Below, one piece after another: positions 1 through 9,236 of a stretch of DNA of 32,000 bases (the stretch's first letter is position 1; each line of letters opens with the position of its first letter). The stretch comes from Synechocystis sp. PCC 6803 substr. PCC-P. GTDB taxonomy: Bacteria; Cyanobacteriota; Cyanobacteriia; Cyanobacteriales; Microcystaceae. Made by a program: the position numbers and the translations under genes. The stretch lies in assembly GCF_000284455.1 (NCBI RefSeq), contig NC_017039.1, positions 1,560,001-1,592,000 on the forward strand, given 5' to 3'. The notes beneath the pieces were generated by a model. It worked only from the letters and a program-made list of their open reading frames with translations, was not told where the DNA came from and searched no databases.

Positions 1-452
1 TCAGTGATGGAGACGTTTCCGCCGCCATTTCCTGTGCTTTTTCCGGCACCAACATCCACGCTCTGATGGGCATCGGGGCTGCTCCTGAAGGGGTAATTTC
101 CGCTGCTGCCATGCGCTGTCTGGGGGGTCACTTCCAAGGTCAGTTAATCTACGATCCCGAAGTGGTTAAAACCGGCCTAATCGGTGAAAGTCGGGAAGGC
201 AACCTAGAGCGTCTCGCTTCCATGGGCATCAAAAATCCTGACCAGGTTTATAACTGCGAAGAATTGGCCTGTGGCGAAACCGTATTATTTGCCGCCTGTG
301 GTATCACCCCTGGCACTTTGATGGAAGGAGTCCGCTTCTTCCATGGTGGGGTACGGACCCAAAGCTTGGTTATTTCTAGCCAGTCCAGCACCGCCCGCTT
401 TGTAGACACTGTCCATATGAAGGAAAGCCCCAAAGTAATCCAACTGCATTAA
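1..452 (+). CDS. glpX: Class II (GlpX-type) fructose-1,6-/sedoheptulose-1,7-bisphosphatase, C-terminal part; the 5' end lies outside the window (codon phase starts at nt 3)
   Basis: Frame 3 is open from the window edge ([30 protein letters not shown]...) and runs into the listed ORF 66..452. The DGDV and AAPEGV motifs are typical of GlpX-family FBPases. It matches my memory of the cyanobacterial dual-function F-I enzyme (fbpI). Stop TAA at 450..452. Confidence 0.9.
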   Translation, partial: SDGDVSAAISCAFSGTNIHALMGIGAAPEGVISAAAMRCLGGHFQGQLIYDPEVVKTGLIGESREGNLERLASMGIKNPDQVYNCEELACGETVLFAACGITPGTLMEGVRFFHGGVRTQSLVISSQSSTARFVDTVHMKESPKVIQLH

Positions 453-515
453 TTTCCCTCTCGGCAACTATCCCCAGAAGGTTAAAACCTGGGGAAATAC
501 ATCGCCGTTTCCCTT

Positions 516-552
516 GTCCCCTGAAGTTCAGACTTTGGGGGACTTATGTTTT
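516..552 (+). terminator. Possible intrinsic terminator downstream of glpX
   Basis: GTCCCC (516..521) pairs with GGGGAC (538..543) and is followed by the T-rich TTATGTTTTGG. The stem is only 6 bp and the loop is 16 nt, so this is weak. Confidence 0.3.
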
Positions 553-656
553 GGTTGGGTCATAGTAACTGGGGTTTGATTACCCGCTACTGATTATCCA
601 TATCATTGGTATCGGGTAGGCGCTGATCACGTAACAAGGCTATCATTAAAATTACG

Positions 657-678
657 GAGAGTTTCAAATAGATAATGA
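657..678. repeat. Left terminal inverted repeat of the IS1-family element
   Basis: GAGAGTTTCAAATAGATAATGA versus the reverse complement of 1437..1458, GAGAGTTTCAAGAAAGTAATGA. Confidence 0.8.
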
Positions 679-720
679 TGTAGGATGATAGAGAATATTG
701 GGTAATGAGCTTTTGGAAAA

Positions 721-1146
721 ATGTCTACACACTGTCACTGTCCTCAATGTGGTCATGGGAATGTCGTCAAAAATGGCTTTGTCAAGGATAAGCAACGATT
801 CAAATGTAAGAGTTGCCAATATCAATTCACCAATCTCTCCAAAGAACGGGGTAAACCTCTCTGGATGAAACTAGAAGCGGTCTTACTGTATATGAGTGGT
901 ATGTCAATGAATGCCACGGCGAAACTATTGGGAGTTTCTACTCAATCAGTGCTCAACTGGATTAGGGATTTTGGCGAAGCAAACTACGAGAAACCGGCTC
1001 CAGACTCAGCAATCGTAGTGGAATTAGACGAACTGTGGCATTTTCTTCAGGCAAAAAAAACAAGTTATGGCTCTGGAAGGCATATGACCGTGTTACTGGG
1101 AGACTCATCGACTGGGAACTGGGAAATCGTGATAGTCAAACCCTGA
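721..1146 (+). CDS. IS1 InsA-like protein (zinc-finger plus HTH), the unshifted upstream-frame product
   Basis: CPQCGHGNVVKNGFVKDKQRFKCKSCQYQF is a Cys4 zinc finger. It is followed by an HTH (MSMNATAKLLGVSTQSVLNWI), as in IS1 InsA. Confidence 0.75.
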   Translation: MSTHCHCPQCGHGNVVKNGFVKDKQRFKCKSCQYQFTNLSKERGKPLWMKLEAVLLYMSGMSMNATAKLLGVSTQSVLNWIRDFGEANYEKPAPDSAIVVELDELWHFLQAKKTSYGSGRHMTVLLGDSSTGNWEIVIVKP

Positions 1147-1451
1147 GTCGTTTGCTGGAGAGACTGGCAAAGTGGAAAGTGACAGTGTACTGCACCGATG
1201 ACTGGAGGCCCTATCAACAACTGCTGGATGAACATCCTGATGCGTTTCATGGGATTAGCAAAAGAGAAACAGTAGGAATTGAGAGCAAAAACTCAGATAA
1301 CCGTCATTGGTTTGCTAGATTTCATCGCCCCACGAAAGTTGTCTTCAGGTCACCCTACATGGTTGATATCACCATGGCAATATTTGCCGAATTTAGGGTC
1401 AATGGTAACATAGAACTACTACGCAACTGGCGCCTCTCATTACTTTCTTGA
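721..1451 (+). CDS. IS1-family transposase (InsAB'-type fusion; needs a -1 ribosomal frameshift in the A8C run at 1053..1061)
   Basis: Frame 1 (721..) and frame 3 (1035..1451) overlap across AAAAAAAAC. The downstream frame reads KNKLWLWKAYDRVTGRLIDWELGNRD...CTDDWRPY...RETVGIESKN, which resembles IS1 InsB (WLFYAYDR...MTDGWPLY...QRIERHN), giving DDE candidates. Confidence 0.8.
1053..1061 (+). promoter_or_regulatory. Programmed -1 frameshift (slippery) site A8C
   Basis: IS1 uses an A6C motif. Here AAAAAAAAC sits exactly in the overlap of the two transposase frames, and the frame change (frame 1 to frame 3) is a -1 shift. Confidence 0.65.
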
Positions 1452-1458
1452 AACTCTC
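1437..1458. repeat. Right terminal inverted repeat of the IS1-family element (contains the transposase stop TGA at 1449..1451)
   Basis: Reverse complement matches 657..678 at 18 of 22 positions. Confidence 0.8.
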
Positions 1459-1495
1459 AAAATTTCCAATTCTTAATCCTTGTAGGAGAAAATTG

Positions 1496-1870
1496 ATGTC
1501 AACTTTGTATGAAAAATTAGGTGGAACCACCGCTGTCGATCTAGCTGTGGACAAATTTTACGAGCGGGTGTTGCAGGATGACCGCATCAAACATTTTTTC
1601 GCCGACGTGGATATGGCTAAACAACGGGCCCACCAAAAAGCCTTTTTAACCTATGCCTTTGGCGGTACGGATAAATATGATGGTCGCTATATGCGGGAAG
1701 CCCACAAAGAGTTGGTGGAAAACCATGGTTTGAACGGTGAACACTTCGACGCAGTGGCGGAGGATTTGCTGGCAACCTTGAAGGAAATGGGTGTTCCCGA
1801 AGATTTAATTGCAGAAGTGGCCGCCGTGGCCGGGGCTCCAGCCCATAAACGGGACGTGCTTAATCAGTGA
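1496..1870 (+). CDS. glbN: Group I truncated (2/2) haemoglobin, cyanoglobin GlbN
   Basis: MSTLYEKLGGTTAVDLAVDKFYERVLQDDRIKHFFADVDMAKQRAHQKAFLTYAFGG... is the 124-aa Synechocystis haemoglobin as I remember it. AGGAGA (1484..1489) lies 6 nt upstream of ATG 1496. The listed ORF start at 1448 is a TTG inside the IS inverted repeat and is not used. Confidence 0.95.
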   Translation: MSTLYEKLGGTTAVDLAVDKFYERVLQDDRIKHFFADVDMAKQRAHQKAFLTYAFGGTDKYDGRYMREAHKELVENHGLNGEHFDAVAEDLLATLKEMGVPEDLIAEVAAVAGAPAHKRDVLNQ

Positions 1871-2142
1871 AGTTGAGAATTTATTTTATGGAGGCGATCG
1901 TTGCATCCTAAAAATTTGCACCCTTTGCCCAAATTGCCAATGGCAGGCCAAAAACTCCCGACTTTATTTGATGCTCTCCTGACTGTTGAGCAGGATATGG
2001 GCCAAAGCGTCCACATGCTCTACCTTTAACATTGTCCTGGAGTTTGTCTAAAAAAGTTTAACGTTTTCGGCGACGCTGTTCGTCATTATTGGGGCAGGAA
2101 TAAGACTAGGTGGATTAGCATAGTCATATCTATGGGCAACCT

Positions 2143-5100
2143 ATGTTTTGGCAACCTGTTAGTCCCCTCAACGCTGACCAGCTTAATTATCAGGGTTCCT
2201 ATGACCCTAAATTAGTTCTGCTCTCTGTGGCGATCGCCATTTTTACGGCCTATATGGCTTTCTTGATGGCCAGTTCCGCCCTATCGTTGCCGGGGCGTTG
2301 GTCACGGAAAATTGCCTTAGCCCTCAGTGGGACTGTTATGGGGTTAGGTATTTGGGCCATGCACTTCATTGGCATGCTGGGGTTTGAGTTGCCCTGCCCC
2401 ATCAGCTACGATCCCTTGATCACGTTTATTTCTGTTATACCGGCGATCGCCGCTAGCATTTACGCTCTGAACTTTTTGAGTTTCCAGGCCCCGACGGCGA
2501 AAAACCTCATGGTGGGGGCTATCTGGTTTGGTTTGGGCATTGGCACTATGCACTATAGCGGCATGGCGGCTCTGGAGTTACACGGCAATATTTACTACGA
2601 ACTGCCCCTATTTGTCCTCTCCCTGGTCATTGCGGTCATGTTGGCCTTTGTGGCCCTATTATTCCGCTTCCATTCCGCCAAAATTTTCCACACGACCCAT
2701 GGGCCAGCTTTGGGGAGTTCCGCCCTGGTGATGGGTCTGTCCACGTCGGGTATGCACTACACCGCCATGACGGCCACCCACTTTATCTGCCGCCCCTGGG
2801 GAGAATTTTTTATCCAAGGTATTGATATTCAGGAAGTGGCGATCGCCGTCACCATTTCCATCACCCTTTTGACTGGCGGGGTAATGCTGTTTGTTTTGCG
2901 GGAAATCAGCATCCAAAATCAACAGCAGAAAATCCTAGTGGCGACGGAATCTTGGTATCGGCAAATTATCGAGTATGCTCCGGAAGGCATTATGGTGCTG
3001 GATGCCCAGGGAAATATCATTTTGGCCAATACTTCCATAGAAAAGTTGTTTGGCTATTCCCAAACAGAACTGATTGGCCAATCCATTGCCCTACTGGGCC
3101 TGGCAGAACTGTTGCAACAATCCCTCCATCTGCTTCAGGAAGGGGAGGACGTGGGCCCCACCTGCCCCCTAGATCAAGAAGAATTTGAAATCCTCGGCAC
3201 CCGTTACGATGGCTCGGAGTTTCCCATTGAAGTTAGTTTGACCAGCTTGCCTTCCCTGAGCCAAAGGGAAATGAATATTTTTGCCTCTGTGCGGGATATT
3301 TCCGCCCGTCAAGAAGCCCAGCAACAAATTTTGCGGCAACGGGAACATCTGCAGTCAGTGCTCGATTCCGCCCCCGTCGGGGTGGCCATTACCGTCAATG
3401 GCATTACCCAATTTGCCAATCCCCACATCGGTGAACTGGTGGATTTAAAAGTAGGGGATTCGCCCCAAAAGATCTATGTGGACCTAGGCGATCGCCAGCA
3501 AATGTTAGAAGAACTGACCCAGTTTGGCCGCAGTCAAAGCCGGGTGTACAAAATGTATAATCCCAGAGGTGAAATCCGGGACATTTTGGCTACCTTTTTA
3601 GCCACGGACTACGAGGGGCAAAAGGGCATCTTAGGCTGGTTAGCAGATATTACCCCCATTAAGGCCGCCGAAGCAGAAATGAAACGGGCCAAGGAACTGG
3701 CGGAGGAAGCCAGCCGCATCAAAGCTGATTTTTTGGCCAATATGAGCCACGAAATCCGTACCCCCATGAATGCGGTCATCGGCATGACCCATCTGGCTTT
3801 GAAAACTGACCTGACCCCCCGTCAACGGGAATATTTGCATAAAATTCGGTTTTCTGGTCAGCATCTGCTGGGGGTAATTAACGATATTCTCGATTTTTCT
3901 AAAATTGAAGCGGGCAAATTGCCCATGGAAAGCATTGATTTTGACCTGGATAAGGTGCTGGATAACGTTGCCACTTTGATCAGTGAAAAGGCCACCAATA
4001 AGGGTTTAGAACTGCTGTTTGACATTGACCGTAACCTACCCCGCCACTTCATCGGCGATCCCCTCCGTCTGGGGCAAATTCTGATTAACTATGCCAATAA
4101 TGCAGTCAAATTCACCGAGCAGGGGGATATTACCATTGTGGTCAGGCTCCAGGAATACCGTGACCAGGACGTGGTGCTGTACCTAGCGGTGAAAGATACG
4201 GGCATTGGCATTAAACCAGAGCACATTGCCAATCTCTTTAACAGTTTTCAACAGGCGGATTCCTCCACTACCCGGAATTTTGGCGGCACAGGGTTGGGTT
4301 TGGCCATCTGCAAACGCATTGCGGAACTGATGGGGGGAGAAGTGGGGGTTGAAAGCGAATACGGCCAAGGCAGTACTTTCTGGGCCAAGGTCTGTTTGCA
4401 GAAAAGTAATGTCATACCCCACCGATTGGTTTTGAGCAAAGATCTGGAAGGTAAACGGGTGCTGGTGGTGGACGATAACGACCATGCCCGCCTGGTGATG
4501 AAAGATTTGTTGGAGCAGATGAAGTTTGTGGTAGAAACGGTGGAGAGCGGGCCGGAAGCCCTTAATTTTTTAGCAGAAGCTGATCGGGAGAACCATCCCC
4601 ACAGCATTGTTTTCATTGATTGGCAAATGCCCAATATGGATGGCTTGGAAGTAGCCCGTCGTTTGAAAGCCATGGGGTTAAACCATCAGCCGTCGATTTT
4701 TATTGTCACTGCCTACGGTCGGGAAGAATTGTTTGTTAAAGCCAAAAGCCTCGGCATTGATGATGTTTTGGTCAAGCCCATTAGTCCCTCTGTTTTATTC
4801 GACAGTTTGGCGAGGGTGCTGGGGGATCCCACGGCCCTGGCCCAGGAAATGCGACAATCTTCGGGCATTGGGGCGGAAGACTTGGCCTTGGAAAAATTAC
4901 GGCGTATTCGCGGGGCCCGCATTTTGTTGGTGGAGGACAATGAAATTAACCAGGAAGTGGCGGCGGAATTATTACGGGATGTGGGTTTCAACGTCGATGT
5001 GGCGGCCAATGGTTTAATTGCTCTGGAAAGACTGAACAATAATGCTTACGCCTTGGTTTTAATGGATATGCAAATGCCGGAAATGGATGGCATCGAGGCA

Positions 5101-5928
5101 ACGATCGCCATTCGTCAGAATCCCCGTTACGCTCAGTTACCCATTGTGGCCATGACGGCCAATGTGATGCAGGGCGATCGGGAACGGTGTTTGCAAGCAG
5201 GCATGAATGACCATTTAGGCAAACCCATTGAACCAGAAGAATTGTGGAATAAGCTACTCCACTGGATTCCGGTGGACTCCCCCCTAGCCCCAGAAACGAT
5301 AGAAGAATCGGCCATCAATACTAGCGATCCAGAAATATCCATTCCCCATATCCCTGGACTGAACAGCGATGATGGTTTGCGGCGGGTTTTGGGCAAAAAA
5401 AGTTTGTATCTGAAAATGCTCCATAAGTTTGTGGCCAGTCAAAGTTCTTTTCTGCCGGAAATTACTCAGGCTTTAGGGGAAAAAGACTATGGCTTCGCCG
5501 AACGGTTGGCCCATACCTTGAAAGGAGTTGCCGGGAACATTGGGGCCCAGGAGCTACAACAGGAAGCGGCGGAGTTGGAAAAAGCGATTAAAGAGCAGTG
5601 GCCCCAGCCAGAGGTTGAAAATTTACTTACCAACCTAGGCGATCGCCTGGATAATCTAATTGCCCAATTGACCAGTAATCTACCGCCGGAACCCGCAACT
5701 GTGGCCATAACCTTAGACCAGGGCCAATTAGAAGAAATTTGTGACCATTTAGCCCAACTTTTGGGGGAAGATGATGCAGAAGCCGCCGACCTCCTCCAAA
5801 ACCATGGGGATCTTTTACGCCAAGCATTTCCAGACCATTACTCGGCGATCGCCGCTGGCATCAATAATTTCGACTTTGAAGCCGCCCTCGCCGCCCTCAC
5901 CACCGCCCGCCAATTTTCCCAACCCTAG
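2143..5928 (+). CDS. Hybrid sensor histidine kinase: MHYT membrane domain, PAS x2, HisKA-HATPase, REC, REC, HPt
   Basis: Three MHYT-type motifs sit in TM helices (AMHFIGM, TMHYSGM, GMHYTAM; aa 73-210). Other motifs: H-box [14 protein letters not shown], the N/G boxes ([26 protein letters not shown]), two receivers ([24 protein letters not shown]) and the HPt motif [11 protein letters not shown] (His codon 5512..5514). From memory this is probably Hik21/slr2098. Confidence 0.92.
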   Translation: MFWQPVSPLNADQLNYQGSYDPKLVLLSVAIAIFTAYMAFLMASSALSLPGRWSRKIALALSGTVMGLGIWAMHFIGMLGFELPCPISYDPLITFISVIPAIAASIYALNFLSFQAPTAKNLMVGAIWFGLGIGTMHYSGMAALELHGNIYYELPLFVLSLVIAVMLAFVALLFRFHSAKIFHTTHGPALGSSALVMGLSTSGMHYTAMTATHFICRPWGEFFIQGIDIQEVAIAVTISITLLTGGVMLFVLREISIQNQQQKILVATESWYRQIIEYAPEGIMVLDAQGNIILANTSIEKLFGYSQTELIGQSIALLGLAELLQQSLHLLQEGEDVGPTCPLDQEEFEILGTRYDGSEFPIEVSLTSLPSLSQREMNIFASVRDISARQEAQQQILRQREHLQSVLDSAPVGVAITVNGITQFANPHIGELVDLKVGDSPQKIYVDLGDRQQMLEELTQFGRSQSRVYKMYNPRGEIRDILATFLATDYEGQKGILGWLADITPIKAAEAEMKRAKELAEEASRIKADFLANMSHEIRTPMNAVIGMTHLALKTDLTPRQREYLHKIRFSGQHLLGVINDILDFSKIEAGKLPMESIDFDLDKVLDNVATLISEKATNKGLELLFDIDRNLPRHFIGDPLRLGQILINYANNAVKFTEQGDITIVVRLQEYRDQDVVLYLAVKDTGIGIKPEHIANLFNSFQQADSSTTRNFGGTGLGLAICKRIAELMGGEVGVESEYGQGSTFWAKVCLQKSNVIPHRLVLSKDLEGKRVLVVDDNDHARLVMKDLLEQMKFVVETVESGPEALNFLAEADRENHPHSIVFIDWQMPNMDGLEVARRLKAMGLNHQPSIFIVTAYGREELFVKAKSLGIDDVLVKPISPSVLFDSLARVLGDPTALAQEMRQSSGIGAEDLALEKLRRIRGARILLVEDNEINQEVAAELLRDVGFNVDVAANGLIALERLNNNAYALVLMDMQMPEMDGIEATIAIRQNPRYAQLPIVAMTANVMQGDRERCLQAGMNDHLGKPIEPEELWNKLLHWIPVDSPLAPETIEESAINTSDPEISIPHIPGLNSDDGLRRVLGKKSLYLKMLHKFVASQSSFLPEITQALGEKDYGFAERLAHTLKGVAGNIGAQELQQEAAELEKAIKEQWPQPEVENLLTNLGDRLDNLIAQLTSNLPPEPATVAITLDQGQLEEICDHLAQLLGEDDAEAADLLQNHGDLLRQAFPDHYSAIAAGINNFDFEAALAALTTARQFSQP
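2230..2237. repeat. HIP1 octamer GCGATCGC (example copy)
   Basis: Exact GCGATCGC. By eye about 31 perfect copies are spread over the window. Confidence 0.95.
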
Positions 5929-6017
5929 GGGATCAGAAAAACGGATTACACTAAACCCAGTCACCCCTTTTAAGCCCCAGCGGCTTAGGCCACTAACTTT
6001 TTCTCTCGCCATCACCC

Positions 6018-7118
6018 ATGGATACAGCAACAACCAAGGGCAACAAAGCAACCGTGCTGATTGTGGATGACTCCCCCGATACTTTGACCATGCTCAGTGG
6101 TTTGCTCAAGGATCATTACCGCATCAAAATTGCCAGCAAAGGGGAACAGGCCTTGGCGATCGCCGCATCTATGCCGCCACCGGACTTAATCTTGTTGGAT
6201 ATTATGATGCCGGAAATAGACGGCTACGAAGTTTGCACCAAGCTCAAAGCTGATACCCAAACTAAGAATATTCCAGTTATTTTCCTCACCGCCAAAACCG
6301 ACGTAGCAGACGAACAACATGGTTTTTCCCTCGGCGCAGTGGACTACATCACCAAACCCATCAGTCCCCCCATTCTCCTGGCCAGGGTACGCACCCATCT
6401 CAATCTCAAAGCCGCCTACGATCGCCTCACCCGCCTGCTCAAATTTCGGGAAGACATGGTGAACATGATTGTCCATGACCTCCGCAATCCCCTCTCCAGC
6501 ATTAGCCTGGCCACCGAGCTGTTATTGAACAAGCCTGACTTGCCCCTAGATCGTCAACAAAAAAAGCTCAAGTCCATTCAAACAAGCACCCAACAACTAC
6601 AAAATCTGGTGGAAGACCTGTTGCTTAAAGCCCAACTGGAATCCCATGCTCTGACATTGAACTATCAATCCACCGAACTTTGTGCCCTGTGTGAAATTGC
6701 CATTGCTACCCTAAGGGAAAGTATTGCCCAGAAACAGATTAACCTCATCACCCAATATCCCCCCGCTCCCCATCGTCCAGTTAATGTAGATGCCCAACTG
6801 TTCCGTCGAGCCATCGAAAATCTGATTAGCAATGCCATTAAGTTTTCCCCCTCCCAGAGTGAAGTCATAGTTTCAGTGGCCTATCCAGATGATGCCGTCG
6901 CAGTGGTGGCCATTGCCGACCAAGGGCCAGGCATAGACCTAAAACTGCGGGAACGGATTTTTGGCAAATACGAAATTGGCCCCATGCTAGAAGGGGTTGC
7001 CCAAATTGGACTGGGCTTAGCCTTTTGCAAAGTTATTGTCGAAGCCCATGGAAGCACAATAAGTGTTGTGGATAATTATCCCAAGGGTTCAATTTTTAGA
7101 ATTGAACTTCGTCAGTGA
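6018..7118 (+). CDS. Receiver-histidine kinase (N-terminal REC, then HisKA-HATPase; no other sensory domain)
   Basis: REC: VLIVDDSPD...LILLDIMMPEIDG...TAK...ITKP. H-box: MIVHDLRNPLSSI. ATP lid: DQGPGI, GLGLAFCK. Confidence 0.9.
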   Translation: MDTATTKGNKATVLIVDDSPDTLTMLSGLLKDHYRIKIASKGEQALAIAASMPPPDLILLDIMMPEIDGYEVCTKLKADTQTKNIPVIFLTAKTDVADEQHGFSLGAVDYITKPISPPILLARVRTHLNLKAAYDRLTRLLKFREDMVNMIVHDLRNPLSSISLATELLLNKPDLPLDRQQKKLKSIQTSTQQLQNLVEDLLLKAQLESHALTLNYQSTELCALCEIAIATLRESIAQKQINLITQYPPAPHRPVNVDAQLFRRAIENLISNAIKFSPSQSEVIVSVAYPDDAVAVVAIADQGPGIDLKLRERIFGKYEIGPMLEGVAQIGLGLAFCKVIVEAHGSTISVVDNYPKGSIFRIELRQ

Positions 7119-7344
7119 TTTGGGCAGGGCAACAAGCGGGTTTACCCTATTTAAATTCCGCTGAACATGTATCTAAAAAGTAAAAAAGACCGTATCACAA
7201 TTTATGGCTGGTGGAAATAAAATTCAGACAGTAGCGATAGCGACTTCTATCAAGCTTGTATTAAAAGTACTTTAGCCGTTTATGTTGCCCTATTTTTGAT
7301 TGAATTAGCTATACATACTCATTATTTATCTTTGACTATTGAAA

Positions 7345-8451
7345 ATGAACACTCCCCCCGATCCCAACTCAAAAGCCACCATTTTGGTTGTGGATGACAC
7401 CCCGGATAATCTAGCTTTGATGAGTGGATTATTGAAAGATTACTACCGGGTCAAAATTGCCAATAACGGGGAAAAAGCCCTCAAGGTTGCCCAAACTTTA
7501 CCCCCACCGGATTTAATTCTGCTGGACATTATGATGCCGGGCATAGATGGCTATGAAGTTTGTGCCCATTTAAAAGCAAATCCGGCCACCCAGAGGATTC
7601 CCGTAATTTTTCTCACGGCCAAGTCAGAAATTGAGGATGAACGCAAAGGGCTGGCACTAGGGGCAGTGGATTATATTACTAAGCCCGTTAGTCCACCAAT
7701 TCTGATGGCCAGGGTTAATACCCAGTTGACGATCAAAGCGGCGGCGGATTTTTTGCTTGATAAAAATGCTTTCCTAGAGCAGGAAGTGGCCAGACGTACC
7801 CAGGAGATGATGGCGATTCAGGATGTAACTATTCAGGTGATGGCTTCCCTGGCGGAAACTAGGGATCATGAAACGGGTAATCATATCCGCCGTACCCAAA
7901 ATTATGTCCGGGCTTTGGCTGAGCAATTAAAAAACCATCCCCGCTTCCAGAAATTTTTAACCGATCACACCATCAATTTGCTCTATAAATCGGCTCCCCT
8001 CCATGACATTGGCAAAGTGGGAGTGCCGGACCACATTCTGCTTAAGCCCGGTCCCTTAACAGCAGAAGAATTTGAAATTATGAAAACCCACACCACTTTG
8101 GGGCGGGATGCCATTGTCCAAGCGGAAAAAAGTTTGGGAATGAAGGTGGATTTTTTGCAACTAGCCAAGGAAATTGCCTATTCTCACCAGGAAAAATGGG
8201 ATGGAACCGGTTATCCCCAAGGGCTATCGGGGGATGATATTCCCATTGCGGCCCGTTTGATGGCGATCGCCGATGTTTATGACGCTTTAATTAGTAGTCG
8301 GGTTTATAAAGAAGCGATGCCCCACGAAGAGGCGGTGGCCATTATCGAAGCCGGCTACGGCCAACACTTTGATCCCGATGTGGTTGATGCGTTTATGGCT
8401 ATTCATCCCACTTTTAAAACGATCGCCGCTGAGTTCGCCGATAAGGGGTAA
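7345..8451 (+). CDS. Response regulator with HD-GYP output domain (RpfG-type cyclic-dinucleotide phosphodiesterase)
   Basis: REC: ILVVDDTPD...LILLDIMMPGIDG. HD-GYP: HETGNH, HDIGK (HD codons 8002..8007), HQEKWDGTGYP (GYP from 8209), ADVYDAL. ATG 7345 is preferred over the TTG at 7339 listed in the ORF track. Confidence 0.9.
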   Translation: MNTPPDPNSKATILVVDDTPDNLALMSGLLKDYYRVKIANNGEKALKVAQTLPPPDLILLDIMMPGIDGYEVCAHLKANPATQRIPVIFLTAKSEIEDERKGLALGAVDYITKPVSPPILMARVNTQLTIKAAADFLLDKNAFLEQEVARRTQEMMAIQDVTIQVMASLAETRDHETGNHIRRTQNYVRALAEQLKNHPRFQKFLTDHTINLLYKSAPLHDIGKVGVPDHILLKPGPLTAEEFEIMKTHTTLGRDAIVQAEKSLGMKVDFLQLAKEIAYSHQEKWDGTGYPQGLSGDDIPIAARLMAIADVYDALISSRVYKEAMPHEEAVAIIEAGYGQHFDPDVVDAFMAIHPTFKTIAAEFADKG

Positions 8452-8615
8452 TGGCCATGGCGTATTAAAGAAGTACAGGTTTTGTGACTGTATGGCGATC
8501 GCCGTAATATTCCGGCAAAAAGCCTAGCCAAGGGAAAAGTTTGGGGTTAACGGGCTGAAATTAAGATTTATGGCGCAGAATTGGTTAAGACTAGCAACAT
8601 TAGACCCTGAGCACC

Positions 8616-9047
8616 ATGAAATTTATCTCCAGCTTCTTTGCCCTAGCCACAGTTCTTGCTTGCCAACCCACGGTTTTTGCTTTCGAGCCAGCGGAAGCAA
8701 TTAAGGTAGAAACCATCCTCAAAACCGAAACTAGTTGGGATGGTCAACCTCTGGCTTACCCAGAAGGCCAAGCAGAAATCACTGGCATGATGATCGAAAT
8801 TGCCCCCGGTGCCGAAACGGGTTGGCATTCCCATCCAGTGCCCTCCTTTGGCATTTTGCTGGAAGGGGAATTGGAGGTCACCCTCCTAAATGGGCAGAAA
8901 AAGCTCATCAAAACCGGGGACGCCATCGCTGAAGTGGTGAATACAGTACACAATGGCCGCAACGTGGGGGAGGGCCCTGTGAAAATTTTGGTGTTTTATG
9001 CCGGAGCGAAGGATTTGCCCGTAACCGTTAAGGATCAGCCCAATTAA
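8616..9047 (+). CDS. Secreted cupin-domain protein
   Basis: Signal peptide MKFISSFFALATVLACQPTVFA followed by a cupin_2 core (GWHSHPVPSFGILLEGELEV...HNGRN). Confidence 0.8.
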   Translation: MKFISSFFALATVLACQPTVFAFEPAEAIKVETILKTETSWDGQPLAYPEGQAEITGMMIEIAPGAETGWHSHPVPSFGILLEGELEVTLLNGQKKLIKTGDAIAEVVNTVHNGRNVGEGPVKILVFYAGAKDLPVTVKDQPN

Positions 9048-9236
9048 ACTGCCTAAGAAAACTGAAGCGCTCATCCCTAGGTGGCAAAAGGAAAAATTGC
9101 CCTGGTTTTTAGCCCCTGCCTCCCCGGTGTGGGAAAAACCGATAAACTAGGCACAATGGTCATTTGAAAACAGTGGGATTTCCATCCCAGGGCGATCGCC
9201 TAGAATTTTGGCCGGCTTCGTATTTTTCGCAAACGT

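Larger units (their letters stand above)
657..1458 (+). mobile_element. IS1-family insertion sequence, 802 bp (ISY120-like)
   Basis: Terminal inverted repeats GAGAGTTTCAA... lie at 657..678 and 1437..1458 (first 11 bp perfect, 18/22 overall). Two overlapping ORFs carry IS1 InsA/InsB hallmarks. The flanking 9-mers AAAATTACG (648..656) and AAAATTTCC (1459..1467) match 7/9, consistent with a decayed 9-bp IS1-type target duplication. The 802-bp length matches my memory of ISY120 copies in Synechocystis. Confidence 0.85.

Noticed and set aside
472-494. Hairpin CCCCAG-N11-CTGGGG just after the glpX stop
   Set aside because: No T-tract follows it. The second hairpin at 516..552 is the better, though still weak, terminator candidate.
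1448-1495. N-terminal extension of the glbN ORF listed in the ORF track (start at 1448)
   Set aside because: The start is a TTG inside the IS right inverted repeat, overlapping the transposase stop. The canonical GlbN N-terminus MSTLYEKLGG begins at ATG 1496 with a good RBS.
4248-4673. 141-aa minus-strand ORF (and similar ORFs at 2659..2922, 4713..5039 and 16458..16832) inside large plus-strand genes
   Set aside because: All lie antisense to strongly supported multidomain genes and show no family features.
5771-6070. 99-aa plus-strand ORF bridging the end of the first kinase and the start of the REC-kinase
   Set aside because: It is an alternative frame overlapping two well-supported CDSs, with a Pro/Ser-rich low-complexity translation.
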